Notes under the pieces: model-generated
Told to the model about the DNA's origin: nothing
Database searches by the model: none
What the model saw: only the letters and a program-made list of their open reading frames with translations
Part shown: in pieces, positions 10,055 through 20,539 of the stretch
How the letters are laid out: every line of letters starts with the position of its first letter
Position numbering within the stretch: position 1 is the stretch's first letter
Made by a program: the position numbers and the translations under genes
Source of the DNA: Candidatus Latescibacterota bacterium
Lineage (GTDB): Bacteria; Latescibacterota; UBA2968; UBA8231
NCBI GenBank assembly: GCA_964291625.2
Contig: OZ220090.1
Span: forward strand, 864,001-928,000
Direction of reading: 5' to 3'
DNA length: 64,000 bases

Positions 10055-12580
10055 ATGCGCCGTCCTCTCCCGCAACCGGTGCACCTGGTCCCCGGAGGCT
10101 CCGTGCTCCACCCGCCCGAGCTGCTCGACCGCTTCCGCGCCGACGACGGTGTCCGCACCCGCGCCGAGGCTCGGGCGGAGCCCTGGCGGCGGTACTCCCT
10201 CGACGACCTGTGGTCCCTGGTCTTCGGCCCCCGCATCACGCGCTCGTGGATGGTGTGGTCCGACGGCGACTGCCCGGCCTGCCGCCGGCCGGTGAACATG
10301 TACGCCTGGGAGATCGACCCCTTCGCCGAGCCCTGGAAGCTGCGCTGCCCCCACTGCGGCGAGCGCTTCCCGAAGAACGACTTCGCCGCCTTCCACGAGT
10401 CCGGCCTGGACGAGGCGGGTCTCTTCGACCCGGACCGCGCCGACCGGGGCCTGCTGTTCAACGCCGGGCACGCCGACCCCGGTGACCCGCTGCGCGACTA
10501 CGGCGTCGACGACGGCGGCGGGGTTCCCGGCGACGGCGGCCGCTGGAGGTTCATCGGCACCTGGCTGATCTACGGGCAGTGGAAGGGGCTCATCGTCGAC
10601 GGCGTCGAGCGGCTGGCCGCGGCCTACGCGGCCACCGGCGATGCCGGTTACGCCCGGAAGGCCGGCGTGCTCCTCGACCGCGTCGCCGACGTCTACCCGG
10701 CCTTCGACTTCGGCGAGCAGGCCGTCCTCTACGAGCGGAAGGCCGACCGCGGCTACGTGTCGACCTGGCACGACGCCTGCGAGGAGGTGCAGCGCCTGGT
10801 CCTGGCCTGGGACCAGGTGCGGCCGGCGGTGCTCGAGGACGGCGAGTTCCTGGCCTTCGTGAAGGAGAAGGCCCGGCGCTGGCAGGTCCCCTCGCCGAAG
10901 GCGTCGGGCGCCGCGATCTGCGCCCACATCGAGTCCCGCATCCTGCGCGACACCCTGCAGAACACGCCGAAGATCCAGTCGAACTTCCCCACCACCGACG
11001 TGGCCAACCTCCTGATCCGCACCGTCCTGGAGGGGCGCGAAGGCCTGGAGGAGGTCTACGGTCTGCTCGACGAGGTGATCGAGAAAGCCACCCGCGTCGA
11101 CGGCCTGACCGGCGAGAAGGGGATGGCCGGGTACGCGGCGATCTCGCCGCGTACGCTGGCCCGGTGCCTGTCCCTCTTCGCCCGCGCCGACGACGCCTTC
11201 CTGCCGCGGCTGCTCGAGCGCCACCCGTCCCTCGGCCGGCACTGGCGGTTCCACGTGGACGCGTGGGTGGGACAGCGGTTCTACCCCGACATCGGCGACA
11301 GCGGCGCCGCGGGAGGCAGTCACCCCGTCTACTGCGGCGCCCTCTTCGACCGCGGCGGCGGCGATCCCCTGGCGCCCTCGGCCTTCACCTTCTTCCAGCA
11401 GCTCTACGAGGCCACCGGAGACGCCGCCTTCTCCCAGGTCCTGCACCACGCCAACGGCGGCACCCTGGAGGGCCTCCCCCACGACCCGGGGCATCCGGAC
11501 CCGGCCGGCTTCCGGCGCGGCGTGAAGCAGGTCCTCGCGGACCAGGGTCCGAGGCCCGCCGTCGGCTCCTTCAACCGGCCCCGCTGGGGGCTGGCCGTCC
11601 TGCGCTCGGGGGACGACCGCCGGGCGCCCACGGCCTGGCTCGACACCGACTCCGGCGCCCCGGACAGCATCTACGGCGCCCCGGCCCCGTCCGCGAGGGG
11701 GCGCGGCGCCCACGGCCACGCCGACGGCCTGAACCTGGGGCTCTACTACCGCGGCGTCGATCTCATGGTCGACCTCGGATATCCCCCCGTGAACTACGGC
11801 GGCTGGGACTCGCCCCAGGCCGAGTGGTACCGCCGCACGGCGAGCCACAACACGGTATGCGTCGACGGCCTCGACCAGGCGACGGCGGCCAGCGACACCC
11901 TCTGGTGGCTCGACGAGGACGAGGTCCGGGGCATCTGCGCCTCCTCGCCCGGCATGGTGGACGGCGGCCGCTTCGAGCGCACGCTGGTCATGGTGAACAC
12001 TGGCGAGGAGGACGCCTACCTCGTGGACGTGCACCGGGTGCGCGCCGGCCGCGACCACGCCCGCTTCCTGCACGCCACCTTCGGGAGCCTGACCACCGAC
12101 GCCCTGCGGACCCGGCCCACGGAGGAGTACGGCCACGGCACCCTGATGCGAAGCTTCCGCCTCGACCCGAGCCCGGCCGAGGGATGGACCGCCGAGTGGC
12201 GGGTCGAGGACGTGAACGGCCTCGCCTCCCCCGGCTCCGACCTGCGCCTGCGCTACACCGACGTGAGCCGCGGGCCGGCGGCGGGCACCTGCGAGGGCTT
12301 CGCCCTCATCGGCCACTACGGCGACCGGAACGAGCGCTGGCTCCTCCGCCTCGTGCAGCGGAATCGAGCCGACGAAGCGCCCCTGACCTCGGTCTTCGCC
12401 GGCGTCCTCGAGCCCTGCGACGGCGCCCCGGCCGTGCGCGGCGTGCGCCGCCTCGACGACGGCGGCGGCGCCGACGTGGACGAAACCGTGGAGCTGGAGA
12501 TCTCCCTCGCCGACGGCGGGCTCGACCGCATCGCCGTCGGCGTCGGCGACGACGTGCGGGTCCGGCGGAGCCGTCCGTGA
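10055..12580 (+). CDS. Heparinase II/III-family polysaccharide lyase-like protein
   Basis: HGHADGLNLGL, DLGYP and TASHNTVCVDG motifs; YPDIGD; start uncertain (10055 or GTG 10103). Confidence 0.75.
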   Translation: MRRPLPQPVHLVPGGSVLHPPELLDRFRADDGVRTRAEARAEPWRRYSLDDLWSLVFGPRITRSWMVWSDGDCPACRRPVNMYAWEIDPFAEPWKLRCPHCGERFPKNDFAAFHESGLDEAGLFDPDRADRGLLFNAGHADPGDPLRDYGVDDGGGVPGDGGRWRFIGTWLIYGQWKGLIVDGVERLAAAYAATGDAGYARKAGVLLDRVADVYPAFDFGEQAVLYERKADRGYVSTWHDACEEVQRLVLAWDQVRPAVLEDGEFLAFVKEKARRWQVPSPKASGAAICAHIESRILRDTLQNTPKIQSNFPTTDVANLLIRTVLEGREGLEEVYGLLDEVIEKATRVDGLTGEKGMAGYAAISPRTLARCLSLFARADDAFLPRLLERHPSLGRHWRFHVDAWVGQRFYPDIGDSGAAGGSHPVYCGALFDRGGGDPLAPSAFTFFQQLYEATGDAAFSQVLHHANGGTLEGLPHDPGHPDPAGFRRGVKQVLADQGPRPAVGSFNRPRWGLAVLRSGDDRRAPTAWLDTDSGAPDSIYGAPAPSARGRGAHGHADGLNLGLYYRGVDLMVDLGYPPVNYGGWDSPQAEWYRRTASHNTVCVDGLDQATAASDTLWWLDEDEVRGICASSPGMVDGGRFERTLVMVNTGEEDAYLVDVHRVRAGRDHARFLHATFGSLTTDALRTRPTEEYGHGTLMRSFRLDPSPAEGWTAEWRVEDVNGLASPGSDLRLRYTDVSRGPAAGTCEGFALIGHYGDRNERWLLRLVQRNRADEAPLTSVFAGVLEPCDGAPAVRGVRRLDDGGGADVDETVELEISLADGGLDRIAVGVGDDVRVRRSRP

Positions 12581-14394
12581 ACGCGGCTCCTGGCACCCCC
12601 GCGCGGGAGGCGGCCGAGCGGCTGGCCGCCGGCCTCTACCCGCACCAGGTGGAAGGGCTCGCCTTCCTCCTCGGCCGGCGGCGGTCGATCCTGGCCGACG
12701 ACATGGGCCTGGGCAAGACCCGCCAGTCCGTCCTCGCCCTGGTCCACGCCGAGCCCCGGGGCCCGTGGCTGGTGGTCTGCCCCGCCTCGGTCAAGCGCAA
12801 CTGGGAGCGCGAGATCCGCCTCGTCCTGCCGGACGCGGCCACCCACGTCGCCGGCCCGGCCCCGGTGCCGGAGCCCGGCTTCGGCGGCTGGGTGATCATC
12901 AACTACGACATCCTCAAGCGGACCTTCGACGACCTGCTGCGCCACGAGTGGCGGGGGCTGGTCTTCGACGAGGCCCACTACCTGAAGAACCACACCTCCC
13001 AGCGCTCGAAGCTGTCGACGCGGCTCGTCGACCGGACCGCCGGCGACCCCATGGTCCACGCCCTCACCGGCACCCCCCTGACCAACCGGCCCCGGGACCT
13101 GTTCCCGCTGCTGCAGCTCGTCGACCACTCCCTGGGCCGTTCGTTCCTCGGCTTCGCCAGGCGCTACTGCGCCGCCGAGAAGAACGACTACGGCCACTGG
13201 ATCACCTCCGGGGCCAGCAACATCGAGGAGCTGGCCGTGCAGCTCCACGGCATCATGCTGCGGCGCAACAAGGACGAGGTCCTCGACCTGCCGCCGAAGG
13301 TGCGCTCCTGGATCGACGTGGACATCCCCGAGAAGGCCCGGGAGGCCCTCGACGAGGGGGTGCGCGCCTTCCTCGGCGACGGCGCCCGGCGCGACACCCG
13401 GGGCCGGCGCATGGGGATCGGCATGCTCGCCTCGGCGCGCAAGCACATGGCCATCGCCAAGAGCCGCCACACCCTGGAGTACGTGCAGGGCGCCGTCGAC
13501 CAGGGCGAGAAGGTCCTCGTCTTCACCGGCTTCACCAACCCCGGCCGGCGGTTCGTGCGCCACTTCGGAGAGCAGGCCGTGGCGGTCACCGGCAAGACCC
13601 CGGTGAGCCAGCGCCAGGAGCAGATCGACCGCTTCCAGGAGGACGACTCGGTGCGCGTCTACGTGGGGCAGATCCACGCCGGCGGCACCGGCGTCAACCT
13701 GACGGCGGCGCGCCAAGTCGTCTTCAACGACCTCGACTGGGTCCCCGCCAACCACTGGCAGGCCGAGGACCGGGCCCACCGCATCGGCCAGGCGGGCACG
13801 GTGAACGTGACCTACATGGTCGCCCGGGGCACGATCGAGGAGTTCGTGCGCACCGTGCTGGAGAACAAGGCGCGCATCGTCGACGAGCTGGTCGAGGGCC
13901 GCTCCCTCGGCGACCTCGACGCCGACGTGATGAGCGAGCTGCAGCGCATGCTCCAGAAGCTGGACGTGAGCGCCGAGAGCCTGCGGTCCGGCGAGCACGG
14001 CCGCGAGCACATGGCGCAGGTCCTGAGGGACGCCGGCGAGGAGTACATCCGGGAGCAGGGGGAGCGCCTCGGCCCGGAGACGAAGGCGGCCCTGGTGCCG
14101 GTCTCGGAGGGGGCGATCCAGGCCCTGGCGGCGGTCCTGGCCGGCCCCCGGGAGCGGGTCTACCGCATCGCCAGCTCCCGCGACCCGGGCGTGCGCTACA
14201 CCGTCGAGGTGGTCGGCGCCGACGTCACCTGCGACTGCCGCGGCTTCCACTACCGCGGCGCCTGCACCCACGCCCGGACCCTGAAGGAAAGCCTGGTGGC
14301 CGGCGGTCCCGTGCCGCCGGCGTACGAACGGGCCGAAGCCGGGGCCCCGGCGGCCGCCGCCCCGGGCGACGGAGTCGACGCCCCCCGACGATGA
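12577..14394 (+). CDS. SNF2-family helicase (HARP-like) with C-terminal SWIM zinc finger
   Basis: LADDMGLGKT, DEAH, LTGTP, QAEDRAHRIGQ; CDC...CTH at the C-terminus; GTGA overlap with upstream gene. Confidence 0.88.
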   Translation: MNAAPGTPAREAAERLAAGLYPHQVEGLAFLLGRRRSILADDMGLGKTRQSVLALVHAEPRGPWLVVCPASVKRNWEREIRLVLPDAATHVAGPAPVPEPGFGGWVIINYDILKRTFDDLLRHEWRGLVFDEAHYLKNHTSQRSKLSTRLVDRTAGDPMVHALTGTPLTNRPRDLFPLLQLVDHSLGRSFLGFARRYCAAEKNDYGHWITSGASNIEELAVQLHGIMLRRNKDEVLDLPPKVRSWIDVDIPEKAREALDEGVRAFLGDGARRDTRGRRMGIGMLASARKHMAIAKSRHTLEYVQGAVDQGEKVLVFTGFTNPGRRFVRHFGEQAVAVTGKTPVSQRQEQIDRFQEDDSVRVYVGQIHAGGTGVNLTAARQVVFNDLDWVPANHWQAEDRAHRIGQAGTVNVTYMVARGTIEEFVRTVLENKARIVDELVEGRSLGDLDADVMSELQRMLQKLDVSAESLRSGEHGREHMAQVLRDAGEEYIREQGERLGPETKAALVPVSEGAIQALAAVLAGPRERVYRIASSRDPGVRYTVEVVGADVTCDCRGFHYRGACTHARTLKESLVAGGPVPPAYERAEAGAPAAAAPGDGVDAPRR

Positions 14395-14440
14395 CCCCGC
14401 CATCCCTCACCCGCCGGCGCCGCCGGCGCACGGAGATCCC

Positions 14441-15796
14441 ATGACGACGCTCGACGCCACGGAGCTCAGGCAACTCGACGGAGACCACTGCTGGCATCCC
14501 CTCTTTCAGCACGGGCCGCGCGGCTCCGACAACCCCCTCCTCGTCTTCGAGCGCGGCGAGGGCAGCACCCTCTACGACGCCGAGGGGCGGGCCTTCCTCG
14601 ACGCCGGCGGCGGTCTGTGGAACGTCAACGTCGGCTACGGCCGCACGGAGATCTCGGAGGCCGCCTTCGAGCAGCTCCAGCGCCTGCCGTTCTACCCGCA
14701 CTCGCAGATCAACGAGCCGGCGGCGCGGCTGGCGGCGAGGCTGGCGGAGCTGCTGCCCGGAGGGCTGTCCCGCACTTTCTACACCAACAGCGGCTCCGAG
14801 GCCAACGAGACCGCCTTCAAGATCGCCCGCCAGTGCCAGCGGCAGCGCCACCCCGGGCAGAACCGCTACAAGATCCTGGCCCGTTACCAGGGCTACCACG
14901 GCTTCACCCTCGGGGCCCTGTCGGCCACCGGGCAGGTCGGCCGCCGGCAACCCTACGAGCCCCTGGTGCCCGGCTTCCTCCACGTCGACCCGCCCTACTG
15001 CTACCGCTGCCCCCTGAACCTGCGCTACCCGGAGTGCGGCCTCGCCTGCGCCGACGAGTTCGACGAGCTCATCCGCCGCGAGGGGCCGGAGACGGTGGCC
15101 GCCGTGGTCGTCGAGCCCGTCATCGGCGGCGGCGGCGTCATCGTGCCGCCCGACGACTACCTGCCCCGTCTGCGGGAGATCTGCGACCGCTACGAGGTGC
15201 TGCTCATCACCGACGAGGTGATCACCGGGTGGGGGCGCACGGGACGGCTCTTCGCCTGCGAGCACTGGGGGGTGGTCCCCGACATCATGGTCCTGGCCAA
15301 GGGCATCACCTCCGGGTACCTGCCCCTGGGGGCGACGGTGGTGACCGAGGAGATCTTCGACGCCTTCCGCGGCGAGCCCGGCGACGGCCGCGAGTTCGCC
15401 CAGGTCTGCACCTACGGCGGCCACCCGGCCTGCTGCGCCGCGGCCCTGGCCAACATCGACATCCTCACCGGCGAGCGGCTGTGGGAGAGGGCCGCCGAGG
15501 TCGGGGCCCACCTGCTCGAGGGACTGGGGAAGCTCTCCTCGCCGGTGGTCGGCGAGGTCCGCGGCCTCGGCCTGATGCTCGCCGTGGAGCTGGTCGACGA
15601 GAGCGGCGCCCTGCTGGAGGCCGGGCGCACCGCGGCGGTGAAAGGCGCCCTGCGGGACGAGGGCGTGCTCGTGGGCCAGATGAGCCACGCCGTGCGGGGT
15701 CCCAACAGCGTCCTGACCCTGTCGCCGCCGCTGGTCCTCGGCCGGGACGAGGCGGACCGCATCGTCGAGGCCTTCGCGCGGGCCCTGCCCGGCTGA
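14441..15796 (+). CDS. Class-III PLP aminotransferase
   Basis: NSGSEANE, GYHGFT, DEVITGWGRTG, PLP lysine in LAKGITSGY. Confidence 0.9.
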   Translation: MTTLDATELRQLDGDHCWHPLFQHGPRGSDNPLLVFERGEGSTLYDAEGRAFLDAGGGLWNVNVGYGRTEISEAAFEQLQRLPFYPHSQINEPAARLAARLAELLPGGLSRTFYTNSGSEANETAFKIARQCQRQRHPGQNRYKILARYQGYHGFTLGALSATGQVGRRQPYEPLVPGFLHVDPPYCYRCPLNLRYPECGLACADEFDELIRREGPETVAAVVVEPVIGGGGVIVPPDDYLPRLREICDRYEVLLITDEVITGWGRTGRLFACEHWGVVPDIMVLAKGITSGYLPLGATVVTEEIFDAFRGEPGDGREFAQVCTYGGHPACCAAALANIDILTGERLWERAAEVGAHLLEGLGKLSSPVVGEVRGLGLMLAVELVDESGALLEAGRTAAVKGALRDEGVLVGQMSHAVRGPNSVLTLSPPLVLGRDEADRIVEAFARALPG

Positions 15797-15816
15797 CGGC
15801 GCGCCCGCCCTTCTGC

Positions 15817-16185
15817 TCAGGCGTACCCCAGGGCCTCCAGCTCCTCCTCGTCGAAGCCCATGTAGTGGGCGATCTCGTGGACGAGGGTGATCTCCAGCTC
15901 CTCCTCCAGGTCGGCGCGGTCGGGGAAGTCGTACTCCAGGGCGCTCTGGTAGATGCGGATGACGGCCGGCAGGTCGCCCGAGTCCTCCACCCGGCGGTCG
16001 GGCAGCGGCGTGCCGGTGAACAGGCCGTAGACGTAGGTCTCCGGGTCGCCGTACATCTCGTCCATCAGCTCCCGGTCGGGCCAGTCCTCGACGATGACGG
16101 CGAGGTTGTCCATCGCCTCCCGGAAGGACTCGGGGATCCGGGTCAGGGCGGCCTCCACCAGCGCCTCGAAGCGCTTTCGGTTCAC
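15817..16185 (-). CDS. Zincin_1 (DUF1025-type) minimal metallopeptidase
   Basis: FEALVEAAL, YGLFTG, ITLVHEIAHYMG (HExxH); GTG start. Confidence 0.85.
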   Translation of the reverse strand: MNRKRFEALVEAALTRIPESFREAMDNLAVIVEDWPDRELMDEMYGDPETYVYGLFTGTPLPDRRVEDSGDLPAVIRIYQSALEYDFPDRADLEEELEITLVHEIAHYMGFDEEELEALGYA

Positions 16186-16199
16186 GGCTTCTCCGGTCC

Positions 16200-18935
16200 C
16201 TATCGCAGCAGGAGCATCCGCCGGCGCAGGTAGAGGCCGCCGACGAAGAGCTCGCAGTAGTAGTAGCCGCTGGCCGCCCGCAGGCCGCGCTCGTCGCGGC
16301 CGTCCCACTCGATCTGGAACACCCCCGGCGCCGCCTCCTGGTCCAGCAGGCGGCGCACGAGGCCGCCGAGGAGGGTGCGCACCTCCAGGGTCATGGGGCC
16401 GCTGCCGCCGAGGGAGGCCGGCAGAGGGGGCACGCTGAACTCGATCACCGTGCTCTCGACGAAGGGGTTCGGGTAGTTCTGGGCGAGCTCGAAACCGACG
16501 GGCTGGCGCGGGTCGGAGTTGAGGAAGGGGGTCCAGTCCACCGGGCCCGTCATGCGGGCCTCGATCTCCCCGGCCTCGGCCGTTCCCCACCAGTTGCGCC
16601 GTGCGTCGATGGGGTGGGGGGTGGCGTTGACCACCAGGACCCCGGCCTCGACCACGGTGTTGAGCTGCAGGCGGAGAGGCACCGGAAAGCCCTCGGCCAG
16701 GACGACCGTGTCGACCTGGGCGAAGCGGTTCCGCAGGATCCGGGCCGCCGCGTGGGTGGACCGGAGGGCCAGCCGGTAGCCGGCCAGGTCGTTGCCCTCG
16801 AGCAGCACGGCCTCGGTGCGGCGCAGGTGCAGACCCAGCCCGGACCCGGAGAAGCGGTTGCCGTTGATGGTGCCGCGGGCGCCGTCCCCCATCACCAGGT
16901 CGGGGCCTTCCGAACCGGGGCCGTTCTGCCGCAGGTCCGAACCGGACAGGAAGAGGAAGCCGCCCTCGCAGACGAGTCCCTGTCCGCAGTGGCGCAGGTC
17001 AAGGTCGTCGGCCTCGACGGGGGCGCCGCCGCGGAGGACGATCCCGGCGCCGCCGGCGCCGGTCACCTCGACGCCGTGGAGGCGGACCGGGCCGTCGACG
17101 GACTCCAGGCGCAGACCCGTTCCCGCCGGGTCCCGGATCTCCACCCTCGACAAGTCCTGGTGGCGCCCCGACCCCTGGATGGTCAGGCCGTCGGTGGCGT
17201 GCTCGATGACGACCTCGTGCAGGTCCAGGCCGCCGCTGGCCGAGACCTGGATGCCGCCCCAGTCCCCGGGGGCCGGCTGCGGCGCGGCGGAGGCGAAGAG
17301 CACGGGGCCGGTGGCGGTCAGGACGCCGTCGACCACGATCTGCCCCCGGTCGGGGTCGGTGCCGGCGCCGAGGCCGTCGGGCGCGACGAGGACGACGGTG
17401 CCGGCCTCCAGGTGCAGGTCGGAGCCCGCGAGGACGCGCACGTCGCCGACGATCTCCACCGTGTCCCGCCACACCGGGTCGCGGATCGGCCCCGCCCGTC
17501 TCGAGTCCTCCAGGGTCAGGTCGGCGGCGAAACCGCCGGCGGTCCGCCGGATGCGGTTGACGTTCACCCGGTTCAGGGCCGGGTTGGTGATCGGCGACAA
17601 CTCGGTGAAGCGGACCCCGTCGTAGGGGTCGGTGGCGTCGCCCAGGTTGCCGGCGTGCCCCTTGTTGTACTCGGCGTCGAGGGACCAGAAGTCGAGGTTG
17701 TCCCCTCCCAGGGACGCCGCGGGGCGGGTGCCGAGGGGAAAGCCGGCGTCGGTGTAGCGTCCGTCGGCGCAGACCAGGTCGACGAGCTTGCGCCGCTCCA
17801 GGTCGTTGCTGCCGGCGGCCTCCTGGACGTGCCAGATGAGCACCCCGCTGGCGGGCAGGTCGCGGTCGTAGTGGCTGCCCTCCGCGCCGCGGTGCTCCAC
17901 CAGCAGGTACTCGCCGTCGTCCACGGGCATCTCGTAGACCCTGCCGCCGCGGTTCACGTCGGTCAGGGGCGCCCCGTCCATGGAGCCGGTCACCTGCACG
18001 AGGCGCTCGTTGTCCTCGCCCAGCCATCCGAGCTCCCGGAGACTCCAGGCGCAGAACGGGTTGGGACCGCGGTTGCTGTCGTTCCATCCCCGGAGGCCGT
18101 GGGCCATGAGCCCCCAGTAGCCGATGCCGCCGGAGTGGCGGTCCAGCTCCGACGCAGGATCGTAGCGCCTCACATCCCGATCGTAGAGGTCGGGCAGGCC
18201 GAGGAGGTGGCCGATCTCGTGGGCGATGATGCCGGCCGCTTCGCCGAAGCTGCGGCCCCGCTGCAGGGTCCCGCCGCCGTCGGCGTCGGCGCGGACGCGG
18301 ATGGGGAGACCGCCCAGGCCGGTGTCCGAGGTACGGAAGGCGGTGGCAAGCCCCAGGCTGGCGACGCCGTTGGCGTCTCCGCGGATGAATCCGGTCGGGG
18401 TGGACTGCACCACGAGAAGCACGAGGTCGACGTAGCCGTCGTCGTCGCCGGAGTCCGGCACCCGGTCCGGACCGTCGTCGTCGAAACGGCGGAAGTCGAC
18501 GTCGGGGTCGGCATCGGCGGCGGCGAGGACCTCGCGGCTGAAGTTGCCGAAAAGGCCCGCGTCCCCGGCCAGGTAGTCCGAGACGGGACCCGCGGAGGTG
18601 TAGACCTTCGGGAGGGCCTCCCCCTCCAGCCGGAACTGGCCGCCGGACATCTCGTGGAAGAAGTGGGAGAGGCTGCCCGGCAGGCCGGGGTCGAAGAGGT
18701 CGGCGGCGAAGGCCGGAGCCGCCGGCGGCCCCTCCTCGCCGCGGAACCGGGCGAAGATGACCAGCGCCCGCAGGCGGCCCTTGGCGGGCAGCGATGCCGA
18801 CGCCGGGCGCAGGGCCGGGTCGAGGGCGTGCCCGCAGACACCGGCCGGCGCCGGCGCCGGGGCCAGCAGGCTGCAGCCGAGCAGTAGGAGGGCGGGAACG
18901 CTGCTCCCGCGGCTGTGGCGGCCGGTGTTCCTCAC
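16200..18935 (-). CDS. Secreted M6 (immune inhibitor A-like) metalloprotease with beta-helix and FlgD/T9SS-CTD-like C-terminus
   Basis: Signal-like N-terminus, [26 protein letters not shown], parallel beta-helix repeats, LAQNYPNPF...WDGRD...SGYY; start approximate. Confidence 0.8.
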   Translation of the reverse strand: MRNTGRHSRGSSVPALLLLGCSLLAPAPAPAGVCGHALDPALRPASASLPAKGRLRALVIFARFRGEEGPPAAPAFAADLFDPGLPGSLSHFFHEMSGGQFRLEGEALPKVYTSAGPVSDYLAGDAGLFGNFSREVLAAADADPDVDFRRFDDDGPDRVPDSGDDDGYVDLVLLVVQSTPTGFIRGDANGVASLGLATAFRTSDTGLGGLPIRVRADADGGGTLQRGRSFGEAAGIIAHEIGHLLGLPDLYDRDVRRYDPASELDRHSGGIGYWGLMAHGLRGWNDSNRGPNPFCAWSLRELGWLGEDNERLVQVTGSMDGAPLTDVNRGGRVYEMPVDDGEYLLVEHRGAEGSHYDRDLPASGVLIWHVQEAAGSNDLERRKLVDLVCADGRYTDAGFPLGTRPAASLGGDNLDFWSLDAEYNKGHAGNLGDATDPYDGVRFTELSPITNPALNRVNVNRIRRTAGGFAADLTLEDSRRAGPIRDPVWRDTVEIVGDVRVLAGSDLHLEAGTVVLVAPDGLGAGTDPDRGQIVVDGVLTATGPVLFASAAPQPAPGDWGGIQVSASGGLDLHEVVIEHATDGLTIQGSGRHQDLSRVEIRDPAGTGLRLESVDGPVRLHGVEVTGAGGAGIVLRGGAPVEADDLDLRHCGQGLVCEGGFLFLSGSDLRQNGPGSEGPDLVMGDGARGTINGNRFSGSGLGLHLRRTEAVLLEGNDLAGYRLALRSTHAAARILRNRFAQVDTVVLAEGFPVPLRLQLNTVVEAGVLVVNATPHPIDARRNWWGTAEAGEIEARMTGPVDWTPFLNSDPRQPVGFELAQNYPNPFVESTVIEFSVPPLPASLGGSGPMTLEVRTLLGGLVRRLLDQEAAPGVFQIEWDGRDERGLRAASGYYYCELFVGGLYLRRRMLLLR

Positions 18936-19110
18936 TCGGCAGGGTAGTATAGGGGCGGTCCGGGGGCCGGGGAACCCCGGAGACCGCCTGCCGCGGGACC
19001 TCGGGTCCCCCCCCGGCCGGGAGGGGCCGGGGCCTTTGACACGGAGACGGTCCCCGGTTTCCTTCGGCCATGTCTCATACCACGTCCCATTCCAACGGAA
19101 GGCAGGGATC

Positions 19111-20520
19111 ATGGCCGACATCGACACCGTGCTCAGGATGATCACCGATGGCAACCTGGAGTTCGTGGACCTCCGCTTCACCGACCCGCGCGGGCGCTGG
19201 CACCACGTGACGATGACCGCCGACGCCTTCGACGAGGACGCCTTCGAGGACGGCGTCATGTTCGACGGCTCCTCCATCAACGGCTGGAAGAGCATCGACC
19301 AGTCCGACATGGCCCTGCTCCCGGATCCCGCCACCGCGAGCGTCGATCCCTTCATGACCGATCCGACCCTGTACCTCATCTGCAACGTCCACGAGCCGAC
19401 CACGGGCGAGCGCTACTCGCGCTGCCCCCGGTGCACCGCCCGCGACGCCGAGGCGCACCTGCAGTTCTCCGGCATCGGCGACACCGCCTACTTCGGCCCC
19501 GAGCCCGAGTTCTTCCTCTTCGACGACGTCCGCTTCGGGGTCGAGGCCAACCACACCTTCTACGCGGTGGACGACGCCGAAGGGCCGTACAACCGGGGCC
19601 GGGAGACCGAAGGCGGCAACAAGGGGCACCGGCCGCGCACCAAGGGCGGCTACTTCCCGCTGCCGCCGGTCGACTCCGCCCAGGACATCCGCGCCGACAT
19701 GCTCAAGGCGCTGGACCGCGCCGGGGTCTCCGTCGAGAAGCACCATCACGAGGTCGCCGCCAGCCAGCACGAGCTGGGCATCGAGTTCGCGCCCCTGACG
19801 GTCATGGGCGACAAGCTCCAGGTCTACCGCTACGTCGTCCTCAACGTGGCCGGACAGCACGGCAAGTCCGCCACCTTCATGCCCAAGCCCGTGGTCGGCG
19901 ACAACGGCTCCGGCATGCACACCAACCAGTCGCTGTGGAAGGACGGCGAGACCCTGTTCTCCGGGTCCGGGTACGCCGACCTCTCCGAGACCGCCCTCCA
20001 CTACATCGCCGGCATCATGAAGCACGCCCGCGCCATCAACGCCTTCGCCAATCCCAGCACCAACAGCTACAAGCGCCTGGTGCCCGGCTTCGAGGCGCCC
20101 GTGCTGCTGGCCTATTCGGCCCAGAACCGGTCGGCCTCGTGCCGCATTCCCCACTCGGCCTCGCCGCGGGCCAAGCGCGTGGAGATCCGCTTCCCCGACG
20201 CCACCGCCAACCCCTACCTGGCCTTCTCGGCCATGCTCATGGCGGGCCTGGACGGCATCGAGAACCGCATCGATCCCGGCCCTCCCATGGACAAGGACCT
20301 CTACGCGCTCCCCCCCGAGGAGCTGAAGGACATCCCCACGGTGGCCCACTCCCTGCGCGGCGCCCTGGAGGCCCTCGACGCCGATCACGAGTTCCTGACG
20401 CGGGGCGACGTCTTCACCAAGGACCAGATCGACGCCTACATCGAGCTCAAGGAGGAGGAGGTGGTGCGCTTCGAGCAGGCCCCCCACCCCGTCGAGTTCG
20501 ACATGTACTACTCCATCTGA
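19111..20520 (+). CDS. glnA: Glutamine synthetase type I
   Basis: [32 protein letters not shown], adenylylation site DKDLY. Confidence 0.97.
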   Translation: MADIDTVLRMITDGNLEFVDLRFTDPRGRWHHVTMTADAFDEDAFEDGVMFDGSSINGWKSIDQSDMALLPDPATASVDPFMTDPTLYLICNVHEPTTGERYSRCPRCTARDAEAHLQFSGIGDTAYFGPEPEFFLFDDVRFGVEANHTFYAVDDAEGPYNRGRETEGGNKGHRPRTKGGYFPLPPVDSAQDIRADMLKALDRAGVSVEKHHHEVAASQHELGIEFAPLTVMGDKLQVYRYVVLNVAGQHGKSATFMPKPVVGDNGSGMHTNQSLWKDGETLFSGSGYADLSETALHYIAGIMKHARAINAFANPSTNSYKRLVPGFEAPVLLAYSAQNRSASCRIPHSASPRAKRVEIRFPDATANPYLAFSAMLMAGLDGIENRIDPGPPMDKDLYALPPEELKDIPTVAHSLRGALEALDADHEFLTRGDVFTKDQIDAYIELKEEEVVRFEQAPHPVEFDMYYSI

Positions 20521-20539
20521 GGCAGCGGCCGGGTCGAAG

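Noticed and set aside
18936-19110. Sigma54/NtrC promoter for glnA
   Set aside because: No convincing GG-N10-GC consensus found; only a TTGACA without a clear -10
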